Shown here: piece after piece, positions 41,914-42,531 of the stretch
How the letters are laid out: every line of letters starts with the position of its first letter
How positions within the stretch are numbered: position 1 is the stretch's first letter
IMG/VR virus record: IMGVR_UViG_3300009503_000008
Span: 1-42,531 of that record
Length of the DNA stretch: 42,531 bases
Reading direction: 5' to 3' (one strand)
Origin: a virus
Made by a program: the position numbers and the translations under genes
The notes under the pieces: generated by a model
The model's database searches: none
The model's input: only the letters and a program-made list of their open reading frames with translations
What the model was told of the DNA's origin: nothing

Positions 41914-42108
41914 CTAGAGCGTTGTCATCAAGTAAATGTAGAGTACAAGAGTGATAAACACAAGAGTATTGTTTATTACAAAAATCAAGACTATCTGATC
42001 ATGCCTCAAAAGTACTATTCCTGGATTCATCAACAGCAAGCCAATGATAACCACCACAAAAGTCATGATTGCTGCAACATAGTCCAAAAACTTTACTTTT
42101 GGACTCAT
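41914..42108 (-). CDS. Small membrane protein (64 aa), low-GC
   Basis: There are two hydrophobic helices. Its ATG overlaps the upstream stop (ATGA). Confidence 0.5.
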   Translation of the reverse strand: MSPKVKFLDYVAAIMTFVVVIIGLLLMNPGIVLLRHDQIVLIFVINNTLVFITLVLYIYLMTTL

Positions 42109-42272
42109 TTTCTCTTACCTCCAAAGATGATACAGAATAATATCCAAATAACCATCACTAATCCCGAAAATATCACAGCGCATTCTACTATTTCCGAATT
42201 ATTCATTTTTCCCAACATAGCAGGTACAGCAATAGCAGGCCACAGGTTGGCTACCACGACGAAAATCGGCAT
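42105..42272 (-). CDS. Small membrane protein (55 aa), low-GC
   Basis: ATG 42272 follows GGAGATGAG. Translation is MPIFVVVANLWPAIAVPAMLGKMNNSEIVECAVIFSGLVMVIWILFCIIFGGKRK. It is below the track cutoff. Confidence 0.4.
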   Translation of the reverse strand: MPIFVVVANLWPAIAVPAMLGKMNNSEIVECAVIFSGLVMVIWILFCIIFGGKRK

Positions 42273-42278
42273 TCTTTC

Positions 42279-42467
42279 TCATCTCCAAAAAGTAATAGAA
42301 AAACAATAAGGTAACAGGAATAAGCCTAACATAGTAATAATTATCACTAAAGGCAAAAATAACAGAGTGCGTTCTATATTGCTTATTCTTTCAATCTTTA
42401 TTAAGAGAATCCCAACCATAACATTTATCAAGAGAACCACAGGTATTAAAAAATCTCCTAGACTCAT
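42279..42467 (-). CDS. Small membrane protein (62 aa), low-GC; its 5' end lies in the terminal repeat
   Basis: The start at 42467 (MSLGDFLIPVVLLINVMVGILLI...) follows GGAGGTGG. The same 5' end is duplicated at 59..1. Confidence 0.5.
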   Translation of the reverse strand: MSLGDFLIPVVLLINVMVGILLIKIERISNIERTLLFLPLVIIITMLGLFLLPYCFSITFWR

Positions 42468-42531
42468 TATTTTCCACCTCCAATACATACCTCACGGCTT
42501 TCCGGGCCGCTTCGTCCAGAGTTCTTCCGCC
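42409..42531. repeat. Terminal direct repeat, copy 2
   Basis: Exact copy of bases 1-123. This indicates either an assembly overlap of a circular molecule or true terminal redundancy. Confidence 0.9.

Noticed and set aside
1-42531. Search for tRNA, rRNA or tmRNA genes
   Set aside because: No cloverleaf-compatible segment with a GTTCRANYC T-loop and no rRNA-like region was spotted by eye. A tRNAscan or Infernal run would be needed to exclude small RNAs formally.

Overview
The window closes on itself: its first 123 bp are identical to its last 123 bp. It therefore looks like a complete genome of about 42.4 kb from a GC-rich (by eye roughly 60%) temperate virus or prophage-like element. Strong GGAGG-type ribosome-binding sites suggest a Gram-positive-like host. 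The layout has five parts.

(1) A leftward early operon runs 11998->1 and wraps to 42467->41639. It encodes:
- a Cro-like HTH protein and several tiny Zn-ribbon proteins;
- a Cas4-like PD-(D/E)XK nuclease plus RecT;
- a 3D-domain wall protein and a Gp37/Gp68 (DUF5131) protein;
- a C5 DNA methyltransferase split by a LAGLIDADG intein exactly at its catalytic Cys;
- a DnaD-domain replisome organizer with internal non-triplet tandem repeats (putative ori), a G39P-like loader and RusA;
- an excisionase-type HTH protein and small membrane proteins.

(2) A rightward CI-like repressor is followed by a large serine recombinase.

(3) A leftward 7-gene cassette of unknown function has its own promoter. 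It contains one Csx16-like domain and one RHH protein. Every gene is preceded by a conserved TACATA-hairpin-RBS module. This is my best candidate for an undescribed system.

(4) An AT-rich polypurine region lies next to a XerD-sized tyrosine recombinase and its coiled-coil partner.

(5) A rightward late block of about 21 kb has no recognisable terminase, portal, HK97 capsid, tail genes or P-loop ATPase. It is rich in membrane proteins and contains FN3/Cys-motif paralogs, a beta-helix spike, wall-hydrolase-like proteins and two retropepsin-like proteases. A low-GC GT2 glycosyltransferase moron sits on the opposite strand.

I saw no rRNA, tRNA or CRISPR array. Many long ORFs in the track are antisense or off-frame artefacts of the high GC content.
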